Assembly (NCBI GenBank): GCA_964574295.1
Contig: CAZNLY010000002.1
Span: 39,458-103,457, forward strand
Length of the DNA: 64,000 bases
Direction: 5' to 3'
From: an uncultured Gemmatimonadaceae bacterium
Lineage (GTDB): Bacteria > Gemmatimonadota > Gemmatimonadetes > Gemmatimonadales > GWC2-71-9
Shown here one piece after another: positions 19,122 to 27,534 of the stretch. The notes under the pieces are model-generated. The model saw only the letters and a program-made list of their open reading frames with translations. It ran no database searches and was not told the origin of the DNA. The position numbers and the translations under genes were made by a program. Numbering within the stretch: position 1 is the stretch's first letter; each line of letters opens with the position of its first letter.

Positions 19122-20102
19122 GTGCCCCAGGCCCGATTCGCCCTCGCCGCGCTCCTCGCCGCGGCGCCGCTGGCCGCGCAGTCCGCCCAGCCGACTGTCG
19201 TGGAGTTCGTGATCCCCCGCCCCGGCAACTTCCCGCACGACCCCGCGATCGCCGCCGACGGCACCGTCTGGTACACCGACCAGACGAACAGCTACATCGG
19301 CCGACTCGACCCGAAGACGGGCCTGATCGTCGACTACCCGACCCCGACGCCCGGCTCCGGCCCCCACGGCATCACGGTGGCGCCGGACGGGTTCGTCTGG
19401 TACACCGCCCAGCGCACCGGCCTCCTCGGCCGGGTCAACCCGCAAACCGGCGCGATCGAGGAGTTCGCCCTCCCGGAAGGGGCGCACAACCCGCACACGC
19501 CGATCGTGCACCAGGGCTTCGTCTGGTTCACCGACGCCAACAACAACACCTACGGCCGGCTCGACCCGCGCACCGGCAAGGTGGACGTCTGGACGGTGGC
19601 GACGGCCGGCTCCGTGCCCTACGGCATCTACCCCGCCCCCGACGGGAGCGTCTGGATCGCGCACCTCGGCACCAACCAGCTGGGCCGGGTCAACCCGACC
19701 ACCGGACAGCTCCGCGCCTACCCGCTCCCCGATCCCGCCGCCCGGCCCCGGCGCCTCGCGGTGACCCGCGACGGAACGGTGTGGTACACCGACTACGCAC
19801 GCGGCTACCTCGGTGCGCTCGACCCGGCCACCGGCACGGTGCGCGAGTGGCGGAGTCCCGGCGGCAACGCGGGCCCCTACGGCATCAGCGTCGGGACCGA
19901 CGGACGGCTCTGGTACTGTGAGGCGAAGACGGGAAGGATGGTGGCCTTCGACCCGAAGACCGAACAGATGACGGTGGTGCCGATCCCGACCGCGGGCGCG
20001 ATCGTGCGGCACATGGTGACGGACACCCTGCGGGGCAACCTCTGGCTGGCGCTGAGCGGGACGGGGCGCATCGGCGAGGTCGCCCTCGGCGCACCGCGGT
20101 AG
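19122..20102 (+). CDS. Secreted beta-propeller protein, virginiamycin B lyase (Vgb)-like
   Basis: Signal peptide plus repeated units (DGTVWYTDQ.., DGFVWYTAQ.., GFVWFTDA.., DGSVWIAH.., DGTVWYTDY.., DGRLWYCE..). Confidence 0.7.
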   Translation: MPQARFALAALLAAAPLAAQSAQPTVVEFVIPRPGNFPHDPAIAADGTVWYTDQTNSYIGRLDPKTGLIVDYPTPTPGSGPHGITVAPDGFVWYTAQRTGLLGRVNPQTGAIEEFALPEGAHNPHTPIVHQGFVWFTDANNNTYGRLDPRTGKVDVWTVATAGSVPYGIYPAPDGSVWIAHLGTNQLGRVNPTTGQLRAYPLPDPAARPRRLAVTRDGTVWYTDYARGYLGALDPATGTVREWRSPGGNAGPYGISVGTDGRLWYCEAKTGRMVAFDPKTEQMTVVPIPTAGAIVRHMVTDTLRGNLWLALSGTGRIGEVALGAPR

Positions 20103-20108
20103 GCGGGA

Positions 20109-22214
20109 CTAGGTCGTAAACAGGACCCGGCCGTCCACCGCCACGGACCGGTCGGGGAACGCCAGCAGCGGGTTCACGTCGAGCTCCGCGATCTCGGGGA
20201 AGTCCCCCGCGAGGCGCGACAGCCGCAGGAGGACATCCTCGAGGGCGCGACGGTTCGCCGGGGGCGCGCCGCGGAGGGCGTCGAGGAGCCTGTGGCCGCG
20301 CAGGCCCCCGAGCATGTCGGCCGCGTCGCGCCGGGAAATCGGGGCGACGCGGAACTGCACGTCCCGCAGCACTTCAACGAAAATCCCGCCCAGTCCGCAC
20401 ATCACCAGCGCCCCGAAGGACGGGTCGCGGGTGATGCCGGCGATCAGTTCCCGCCCCCCTGTCACCATCTCCTGGACCAGCACCCCGTGGATGGTGGCGC
20501 CGGGCACCGCCCGCCGCGCGGAGGTCACGATGTCGTCGAACGCGGCGCGGACGGCCTCGGCGCCCCGCACGTCAACCTTCACGCCACCGACGTCGGTTTT
20601 GTGGATGATCTCCGGCGCGACGATCTTCATCGCCACCGCCCCACCGGACCGTGCGGCGAGCGCCACCGCGTCGTCGGCCGTGCGCGCGAGCCCCGCGGCC
20701 GCCGTGGGAATCCCATAGGCGCGGAGCAGCTCGAGCGACTCGACCTCACCGAGGCGCGCCTGGCCCGCCGCGCGCGCCCCCGCGATCAGGCGGGCAGCCC
20801 CCTCCCGGTCCACCACGAACTCCTCCGGCGCCTCCACCGGGCGCTCGGCCCATTCCCGCTGCCGGCAGAGTGCGGAGAGCGCCCGCGCGGCGGACTCGGG
20901 GAAGATGTACGCCGGCACCCCCACCTCGTGCAGTTCCGCCTTCCCCTGCGGCAGCCCCTCGCGACCCATGAGCACAGCCAGCACCGGCTTCTCGGGGTGG
21001 TCCCCCGCCACCGTGGCGATCGCCTCCGCCACGTCGGCCTGCCGGATGCCCAGCGGCGGGACGAAGATGGCGAGCGCGGAATCGACCGCGGGGTCGTCGA
21101 GGAGGGCGGCGAGGGCGGCGCGGTACCCGGGGGGCGTGGCGCTCGCGATCATGTCGAGGGGGTTGCGGAGGGAAGCCTCCTCGGGAAAGAGCGGCTTGAG
21201 CCGCGCCACCGTCTCGGGCGCGAGCTCGGGCAGCTCCATCTGCACGCGCTCGAGGGCGTCGGCCGCGAGGATGCCCGGGCCGCCCGAGTTGGTCACCACC
21301 GCGGTGCGGCGGGACCTCGGCATCCGCCCGCCCGAGAAGGCCATCGCCAGGTCGAAGAGCTCCTCCACCGACTCGGCGCGCATCACCCCGGCCTGCGTCA
21401 GCATCGCATCCACGAGGGCGTCGCTCGCCGCGAGCGCCCCCGTGTGCGAGGAGGCGGCACGCGCCCCCACCTTCGAGCGGCCCGACTTCACCACGATGAT
21501 CGGCTTGGTGCGGGTCAGCCGCCGGGCGATCTCGAGGAACTTGCGCGGGTTGCCGAAGTTCTCGACGTACATGAGGATCAGTCCGACCGCGGGATCGTTC
21601 TCCCACTGCAGCAGGAGGTCGTTGCCGCTCACGTCGGGCTTGTTGCCCATCGACACGAACTGGCTGATGCCGATGCCGTATTCCTTGGCGTAGTCGAGGA
21701 CGCTGAGCCCCATCGCGCCCGACTGCGACACGAACGCCGCCCGCCCGAAGGGAGGCATGCTCGGGGCGAAGGTGGCGTTCATCGCCACCGCCGGGTCGGC
21801 GTTGAGGACGCCCATGCAATTGGGCCCCACCATCCGCATCCCGTGCCGGCGGACGATCTCCATCAGCTGGCGCTCCCGCTCCGCCCCCTCGCCCCCGACC
21901 TCCCTGAACCCGGCCGAGATGACCGTGAGGCCCTGCACGCCGGCCTGGCCGCACTCCTCCGCCACCGCGAGGACGTGCTGCTTCGGGACGGTGATCACCG
22001 CCATGTCCACCTTGTCGGGGACGGCGCCGATGCGGGGATACGCCTTGAGGGAGCGGATGGCATCGGCCTGCGGGTTCACCGGGAAGACCGTCCCGGTGAA
22101 CCCGTAGTCGATGAGGTTGGAAACGATCTCGTGCCCGATCGTGTTCGGGGTGCGGGAGGCCCCGATCACCGCCACCCGGCGGGGGCGGAGGATGCCGTCG
22201 AGCGGGCCGATCAC
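20109..22214 (-). CDS. ADP-forming acetyl-CoA synthetase family protein (CoA-binding + ATP-grasp, fused alpha/beta)
   Basis: N-terminal CoA-binding motif (RRVAVIGASRTPNTIGH), a succinyl-CoA-ligase-like middle region, and a C-terminal ATP-grasp (VAMKIVAPEIIHKTDVGGV). No GNAT domain. Confidence 0.9.
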   Translation of the reverse strand: MIGPLDGILRPRRVAVIGASRTPNTIGHEIVSNLIDYGFTGTVFPVNPQADAIRSLKAYPRIGAVPDKVDMAVITVPKQHVLAVAEECGQAGVQGLTVISAGFREVGGEGAERERQLMEIVRRHGMRMVGPNCMGVLNADPAVAMNATFAPSMPPFGRAAFVSQSGAMGLSVLDYAKEYGIGISQFVSMGNKPDVSGNDLLLQWENDPAVGLILMYVENFGNPRKFLEIARRLTRTKPIIVVKSGRSKVGARAASSHTGALAASDALVDAMLTQAGVMRAESVEELFDLAMAFSGGRMPRSRRTAVVTNSGGPGILAADALERVQMELPELAPETVARLKPLFPEEASLRNPLDMIASATPPGYRAALAALLDDPAVDSALAIFVPPLGIRQADVAEAIATVAGDHPEKPVLAVLMGREGLPQGKAELHEVGVPAYIFPESAARALSALCRQREWAERPVEAPEEFVVDREGAARLIAGARAAGQARLGEVESLELLRAYGIPTAAAGLARTADDAVALAARSGGAVAMKIVAPEIIHKTDVGGVKVDVRGAEAVRAAFDDIVTSARRAVPGATIHGVLVQEMVTGGRELIAGITRDPSFGALVMCGLGGIFVEVLRDVQFRVAPISRRDAADMLGGLRGHRLLDALRGAPPANRRALEDVLLRLSRLAGDFPEIAELDVNPLLAFPDRSVAVDGRVLFTT

Positions 22215-22215
22215 G

Positions 22216-22731
22216 TCAGCCGCGGCGGCGCGGCCCGCCGCGGTCGTCGTCCCGCGGGCGCGACTTGGCCCGCTCGGCGGCGGCCTGGGCGGCCTGGCGC
22301 AGCATCTTCTCCGGCGGCAGGGGATTGGCGCCCGGACGGGGCGCGCCCGCCTTGAGGGTGAACTCCCCCTCCTCCGACCGGCCGATGACGAGCGGCCGCC
22401 CGCCCCGCACCTCGTAGGCGCCCACCACGTCCTCGCTCATGAACGCCGCGGACTTGATCCGCTCGAGCAGGGCCTCGCGGCTCGCGAGTCCCTCACAGGA
22501 GTACATCGCCGTGCCGGTCGCGGAGTTCACCCGGATGACGACGGCGTACTTGGCACCGGCCAGTGCCTTGGTCGAGCGGAGCTCGGTGCCTGCCGCCTCG
22601 CGCGCCCAGCGAAGGGCCTCGCGCTCCTGGGAACTCATCGTGTCACCAGCCCCCGCGGCGCCCGCCGGGCGCTTCCCCTGCCCGCCACGGTGCTGCTTGA
22701 TGCGCTGCAGATAGCTCGGTTCGTCGCTCAC
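22216..22731 (-). CDS. Hypothetical protein with basic N- and C-terminal tails
   Basis: GTG start preceded by AGGAGG with 5 nt spacing. Strong GC3 bias. Its stop lies 1 nt from the start of the downstream acetyl-CoA synthetase gene. I recognise no family. Confidence 0.65.
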   Translation of the reverse strand: MSDEPSYLQRIKQHRGGQGKRPAGAAGAGDTMSSQEREALRWAREAAGTELRSTKALAGAKYAVVIRVNSATGTAMYSCEGLASREALLERIKSAAFMSEDVVGAYEVRGGRPLVIGRSEEGEFTLKAGAPRPGANPLPPEKMLRQAAQAAAERAKSRPRDDDRGGPRRRG

Positions 22732-23014
22732 CCTGACCTCCTGCGCTTGAAGACCTCGAATTTGGAGGCGCAGGATAAGCTGTTACCCCAAGAGACACAA
22801 GGAGTTGCGCCTGTTGAGCCAGGGCTCCGCGGACCCACCCGTGGCCGGCGCGCCCAGAAACTGTGGTGCGTAAACCATTGCACTTCGCCGCAATTTATTG
22901 ACATCGCGTTTTGCATCTATATGCCATACAAAGATTTACGACTGGCCTGAGTGTTGCCTACATTGACGGCCGGTGAGGAATGTCCTTCGCCCGCTGGGTT
23001 TCGCTGGGGGCTGT

Positions 23015-24859
23015 ATGTACCGCATTCGGCTCGCGTCTGGCCGCGAACATGTCTACGCCTCGATCCAGGAACTCACCGCCGGTGTCCAGAGCGGGGAGGT
23101 CACCGCCGAGGCGCAGATTTATCACCAGCGCACCGACCGGTGGCTCGGCATCGACACCCACCCGCACTATCGGATGGTGGTCGATGGAGCCACGGCCACC
23201 CGGCCCAATCGACTCCGCTTCACCCGGCCCTCACAGCCGGTGGCGACCCCCGTGGTGCGCCCCACGCCGGCGGCGCACGAGCCCGCGAAGGGCGACCTCG
23301 AGGAGCTGAACCGCCTCCTCGTCCTGCTCGATCCGCTCCCGGCACCAGCCCCGCGCATCGAGCCCCCGGCGTCCGCCGCCGCGTCCGCACCCGCGCCTGA
23401 GCCGTTGCGCTCGGAGCCCGCGCCGCCGCCCGCCGACCCGGCGGACTTCGGCACGATGCTGCGCCTCGAGGACCTCGACACGCTGCCGCCGGTGCCGCCG
23501 CCCGCACCCACCCTCGACGTCCTGCGCGATGAGCGCGTGATGGCGGCCGAGCTGCCGCCGGTGGACGAGGCGCCCGCCGCGCCCGCCGCGCCCGCGCCGG
23601 AGGCGCCGCCCGCCGCCTCGGACCTGGGCCTCCCGGTCGAGGTGCACCTCGACGAGATCCCGGTACCAGCCCTGCTCGAGCCGCCGTCGGCGTTCGAGCC
23701 GCTGGCGTCCGACCTGGCGGTGGTCGAGCCCTCGATCGTCGAGATGCCGGCCCAGCCCATTGTCGAGGCCGCGCCCGAGTCGCCCGTCGCCGAGAGCGCC
23801 ATCGACGACGAGCCGGTGGCGGCTCCGCCGGCGGTGACGCTCTCCGCGGTGCAGGTCGAGCCGGGCGTCATCGAGGTCGTGGCCACCGATGCCGCCGGGC
23901 TGCATGCGCCGCGGCGCCGTGCCCGCCCGATGCTCTTCCTCGCCACGGCGGCCATCATCGCCTTGGTCATCTTCGCCTTCACCTCGCGCGGGAACACGCC
24001 GAACCAGGGGATCGTGACGCCGGCCTCGGCGACCTCGACCAATCCCCCGCCCTCCGGCGCGGCCCCCGCGGAGACGTCCACGCAGGCGCCCGCGCAGCCG
24101 ATCGGCTTCCCGCTCCCCTCCGCGGAACAGGCCAAGGCGGCGCAGGCCAAGGCCGAGGCGGAGAACCAGCCGCCGGTCGACGCGACGCCGGCCGCACCGG
24201 TCCTCCCAAGCGCGCCGTCGATCGATCTCGGTGCCACCGGCGCCGAGGTGGTGGACGCCGGCGTGGCAGGGCCTCGCGGCGGCAAGGGCAACGGCGCCGC
24301 GCTCGCCCGCGGGTACGCCGCTTCCTACGCCACGCTTGGGGCGGAATTCAACGCCCAGATGGATCGCAGCGGCCTGGTGCGCCTCTTCGGCCAGACCCAG
24401 CTCACCACCCCCGACGGCATTGCCGGCGCCCGGCGCGCGCTCGACGCCGCGGCCGACGCCGTGCGCCAGTACCACACCGGCGAGGGGATCATCGAGCGCG
24501 CCTACCAGGACTCGGCGCGCGCGCTGGAGCGGAGCGGCGCGTCCGCCGCGGACCTGCGCGACTGGATCACCCACGTGTCCCTGCGGGAATCCCAGGAAGC
24601 GGCGGGCGAGGGCGCGCGCCTGATCGGCCAGATCGACGCCGTGTTTGCCCTCCTGCAGGGCCAGCTCGGCCGCTACCGCGTGGACGGCGCCACCATCCGC
24701 TTCGACGACCGCAACGCGGCGGCCCGCTACAGCGACCTGCAGGGATGGATCAATCGCCGCCTGGAGCACTGGTCGGGGCAGCCCGCCTCCTCGGTGCCCA
24801 CCTCGGTGCAGCCGATCCTCGAGGGCATCGGCCTGACGCGGCTGCCCACCTCACGCTGA
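23015..24859 (+). CDS. Hypothetical membrane protein: GYF_2-like N-terminal domain, Pro-rich linker, one TM, C-terminal domain of unknown function
   Basis: ATG at residue 15 of ORF 22973..24859 (MYRIRLASGREHVYASIQELTAGVQSGEVTAEAQIYHQRTDRWLGI). Long P/A/E-rich segment and TM MLFLATAAIIALVIFAF. Confidence 0.7.
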   Translation: MYRIRLASGREHVYASIQELTAGVQSGEVTAEAQIYHQRTDRWLGIDTHPHYRMVVDGATATRPNRLRFTRPSQPVATPVVRPTPAAHEPAKGDLEELNRLLVLLDPLPAPAPRIEPPASAAASAPAPEPLRSEPAPPPADPADFGTMLRLEDLDTLPPVPPPAPTLDVLRDERVMAAELPPVDEAPAAPAAPAPEAPPAASDLGLPVEVHLDEIPVPALLEPPSAFEPLASDLAVVEPSIVEMPAQPIVEAAPESPVAESAIDDEPVAAPPAVTLSAVQVEPGVIEVVATDAAGLHAPRRRARPMLFLATAAIIALVIFAFTSRGNTPNQGIVTPASATSTNPPPSGAAPAETSTQAPAQPIGFPLPSAEQAKAAQAKAEAENQPPVDATPAAPVLPSAPSIDLGATGAEVVDAGVAGPRGGKGNGAALARGYAASYATLGAEFNAQMDRSGLVRLFGQTQLTTPDGIAGARRALDAAADAVRQYHTGEGIIERAYQDSARALERSGASAADLRDWITHVSLRESQEAAGEGARLIGQIDAVFALLQGQLGRYRVDGATIRFDDRNAAARYSDLQGWINRRLEHWSGQPASSVPTSVQPILEGIGLTRLPTSR

Positions 24860-24998
24860 GTCGGCCGGCCGCGCCCAGCGGCCGGTGACCGGCGTCCCCG
24901 CCGGTCGTTCTCCCTCCAGACACCGACGCTTGCGCGGAGTGGTTCCCCGGGTTTGTATAGGGGGTTCGGATGGTCGTAACCCCTTCCCGGAGTTTGTG

Positions 24999-25919
24999 AT
25001 GCGTATCACGTCCCACCCCCGCGTGGCGGGGATCGTGGCCCTGACGCTCCTCCTCGCCGCGTGCATGTCGCCCGCCGAGAAGAAGCGGCAACAGGAGCAG
25101 ATGCAGGTTCAACTCGACCAGATCACCGCACTCTCCGCCGAGAAGGACACGCTCCTCCAGGCCGTGGCGGAGAACGCCCGCCTGATGAACGAGATCAACA
25201 CCGAGATGGCCAAGGTGAAGGACCTGCAGGCCGGGGTGGCCCCCGTGGTGGGGGCCGAGGGAGGCACCCAGCCGGCGGCCGACCAGCGCGCGATCGTCCT
25301 GGCGCGGGTCAAGGAGCTCACCGAGCGCCTGAACGACGCGGAGAAGCGGCTGCAGGCCAGCCAGGCCCGGGTGCGCCGGTTGAGCCGGACCTCCGACAGC
25401 CTCCGCTCCGACCTCACGTCGATGGAGACCGCGATCGCCGAGTACCAGCAGATGATCGCCACCCAGCGGGTGGAAATCGCGACGATGAGCGAGCAGCTCG
25501 CCGCGAGCCAGCAGGAGGTGGCGCAGCTCTCCGTGCAGAAGGCGGAGCTGATCGACACCGTCAAGGCGATGACCGACCGGAGCAACACGGTGTATTACGT
25601 GATCGGCACGAAGGACTCGCTCAAGGCCAAGGGGATCATCGTGGAGGAGGGGGGCTCGAAGGTGCTCTTCTTCGGCAGCCACGCCCTGCAGCCGGCGCGG
25701 GTGCTCAACGAGGCCGATTTCACCGCCGTGGACCGCCGGGTCGTGATGGAAATTCCGTCGCCGATGTCCACCCAGCGCTACCGGATCGTGTCGCGGCAGA
25801 ACACCGACTACCTGGAGAACAAGCCCGACTCGAAGGGGCGGGTCACGGGAGGGGTGAAGATCGCGTCGCCCGAGGGGTTCTGGGCGCCGTCGAAGTTCCT
25901 GATCCTCGTGATCGACTGA
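24999..25919 (+). CDS. Coiled-coil lipoprotein of unknown function
   Basis: Starts at an internal ATG. Lipobox LLLAAC, about 170 aa of heptad-like Q/E/L-rich sequence, then a globular C-terminus (VYYVIGTKDSLKAKGIIVEEGG..). Confidence 0.75.
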   Translation: MRITSHPRVAGIVALTLLLAACMSPAEKKRQQEQMQVQLDQITALSAEKDTLLQAVAENARLMNEINTEMAKVKDLQAGVAPVVGAEGGTQPAADQRAIVLARVKELTERLNDAEKRLQASQARVRRLSRTSDSLRSDLTSMETAIAEYQQMIATQRVEIATMSEQLAASQQEVAQLSVQKAELIDTVKAMTDRSNTVYYVIGTKDSLKAKGIIVEEGGSKVLFFGSHALQPARVLNEADFTAVDRRVVMEIPSPMSTQRYRIVSRQNTDYLENKPDSKGRVTGGVKIASPEGFWAPSKFLILVID

Positions 25920-25938
25920 CCCCAGGGGGTCCGCAGGG

Positions 25939-25966
25939 ACGGGGCGCGGAGCGATCCGCGCCCCGT
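25939..25966. terminator. GC-rich hairpin between convergent genes
   Basis: ACGGGGCGCGG-agcgat-CCGCGCCCCGT, an 11-bp perfect stem. Confidence 0.5.
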
Positions 25967-25973
25967 TGCGTTG

Positions 25974-26747
25974 CTAGCGCTCGAGGAGGAACCACCGGCG
26001 CTTCGGGGCACGGCGCGGGGTCGGGAGGGCTCCGACGCCGCGCTCGATCGCGGCGGCCGCCTCGGCGACGGAATCGGTGACGGTGAGGATGTCCAGGTCG
26101 GCGGGATCGATCATCCCGCGCGCGGCAAGGGTGTCGCGCAGGAAGGCGAGGAGGGGGGCCCAGTACGCGGTTCCCATCAGGACGATCGGGAAGGCGGCGA
26201 TCTTGCCGGTCTGCACCAGCGTGGCCGACTCGAAGAGCTCGTCGAGGGTGCCAAACCCCCCGGGCAGGACGACAAAGGCCACGCTGTACTTCACGAGCAT
26301 CACCTTCCGCACGAAGAAGTACCGGAAGGTGACGAACCGGTCGAGGTACGGGTTCGGGCGCTGCTCGTGCGGCAGCTCGATGTTGCACCCGATCGAGCGG
26401 CCGCCCCCCTCGCGGGCCCCGCGGTTGGCCGCCTCCATGATCCCCGGGCCGCCGCCGGTCATCACGGTGTAGCCCAGCTCGGCCATCCTCCGGCCCAGCT
26501 CCCGGGCCATGCGGTAATGCGGCTCGCCCTCGCCCACCCGGGCGGAGCCGAACACGGTCACGCAGGGACCGAGGAAGTGCAGGGCACGGAATCCGCGCAG
26601 GAACTCGGCGAAGATCCGCCCGAGCCGCGCCAGTTCGCTCCGCCGGGACCGGGGCCCCGCCAGCCATTCCCGCACCTCGGGCCGCCCGGGTCCGGTGGTC
26701 CACGCCCCGGGCACCTCGGGAGGCTCATCCGGCCGTCGTGTCGCCAT
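25974..26747 (-). CDS. LOG family protein (TIGR00730 Rossmann-fold nucleotide-binding, cytokinin riboside 5'-monophosphate phosphoribohydrolase-like)
   Basis: Starts at an internal ATG (MATRRPDEPP..). Motifs GGGPGIMEA and LPGGFGTLDELFE (PGGxGTxxE). Confidence 0.85.
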   Translation of the reverse strand: MATRRPDEPPEVPGAWTTGPGRPEVREWLAGPRSRRSELARLGRIFAEFLRGFRALHFLGPCVTVFGSARVGEGEPHYRMARELGRRMAELGYTVMTGGGPGIMEAANRGAREGGGRSIGCNIELPHEQRPNPYLDRFVTFRYFFVRKVMLVKYSVAFVVLPGGFGTLDELFESATLVQTGKIAAFPIVLMGTAYWAPLLAFLRDTLAARGMIDPADLDILTVTDSVAEAAAAIERGVGALPTPRRAPKRRWFLLER

Positions 26748-26885
26748 GCCCCAATCTCCCCGGCGCCGGGCCGGGGCGCAAACCGCGCCCCCCTCCAGAA
26801 AGGGGGGCGGCCCCGTTATCTTGGGGCCCGGCAGGACAGCCCCGTGGTGGGGCCGGCACACTCCAACGCAGGGAACGCAGCGCGC

Positions 26886-27443
26886 ATGAAGGCCACCGAC
26901 GTCCGCAAGGGACATGTCATCTTGATCGAGGGGCAGCCGTGCCGCGTGATGGACTTCACGCACCGGACCCCGGGCAACCTCCGCGCCTTCGTCCAGGTGC
27001 GGTTCCGGAACCTGATTTCGGGCAACACCTTCGACACCCGGCTCAACGCCTCCGATTTCGTGGACCAGGCGCGGCTCGACACCAAGGAGCTGCAGGTCCT
27101 CTATCGCGACGCCAACGGCACCCACGTGATGGACCAGGACACGTACGAGCAGTACACCCTCGACGAGGACGTCACGGGCGAGCAGACCCAGTGGCTCCAG
27201 CCCGAGATGACCTTCATGGCCGAGTGGCTCGGCGGCCGGCCCATCGGCATCACCCTGCCCAGCACCGTCGAGCTCGAGGTGGTCGACACCGCCCCCATCA
27301 TGAAGACCGCCACCAAGACGGCCAGCACCAAGCCGGCCGTCCTGAGCAACGGCGTCACGGTCAACGTGCCGGAGTTCATCGGCCCCGGCGAGCGGGTCCG
27401 CGTCAACCCGACCACCGGCGAGTACCTCGAGCGGGCCAAGTAG
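26886..27443 (+). CDS. efp: Elongation factor P
   Basis: The 185-aa protein aligns without gaps to E. coli and T. thermophilus EF-P through the KOW domain and both OB domains (..VELEVVDTAP..TKPAVLSNGVTVNVPEFI..GEYLERAK). Confidence 0.95.
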   Translation: MKATDVRKGHVILIEGQPCRVMDFTHRTPGNLRAFVQVRFRNLISGNTFDTRLNASDFVDQARLDTKELQVLYRDANGTHVMDQDTYEQYTLDEDVTGEQTQWLQPEMTFMAEWLGGRPIGITLPSTVELEVVDTAPIMKTATKTASTKPAVLSNGVTVNVPEFIGPGERVRVNPTTGEYLERAK

Positions 27444-27465
27444 CCACACCCCGCCTCGGCGCGCC

Positions 27466-27495
27466 GAAGGCCTCGCACCCCTGTGCGGGGCCTTC
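27466..27495 (+). terminator. Putative intrinsic terminator after efp
   Basis: GAAGGCCtCGCA-cccctg-TGCGgGGCCTTC followed by TATCTT. Confidence 0.5.
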
Positions 27496-27534
27496 TATCT
27501 TGAGGGACCCCTCACCCGACACCGGAGTCCCCGC

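Noticed and set aside
22898-22932. A canonical sigma70 promoter starting from the perfect TTGACA at 22898-22903.
   Set aside because: No acceptable -10 hexamer lies 16-18 nt downstream (candidates are ATGCCA and TATGCC). TATATG is only 14 nt away. I therefore report the region as AT-rich regulatory space, not as a defined promoter.
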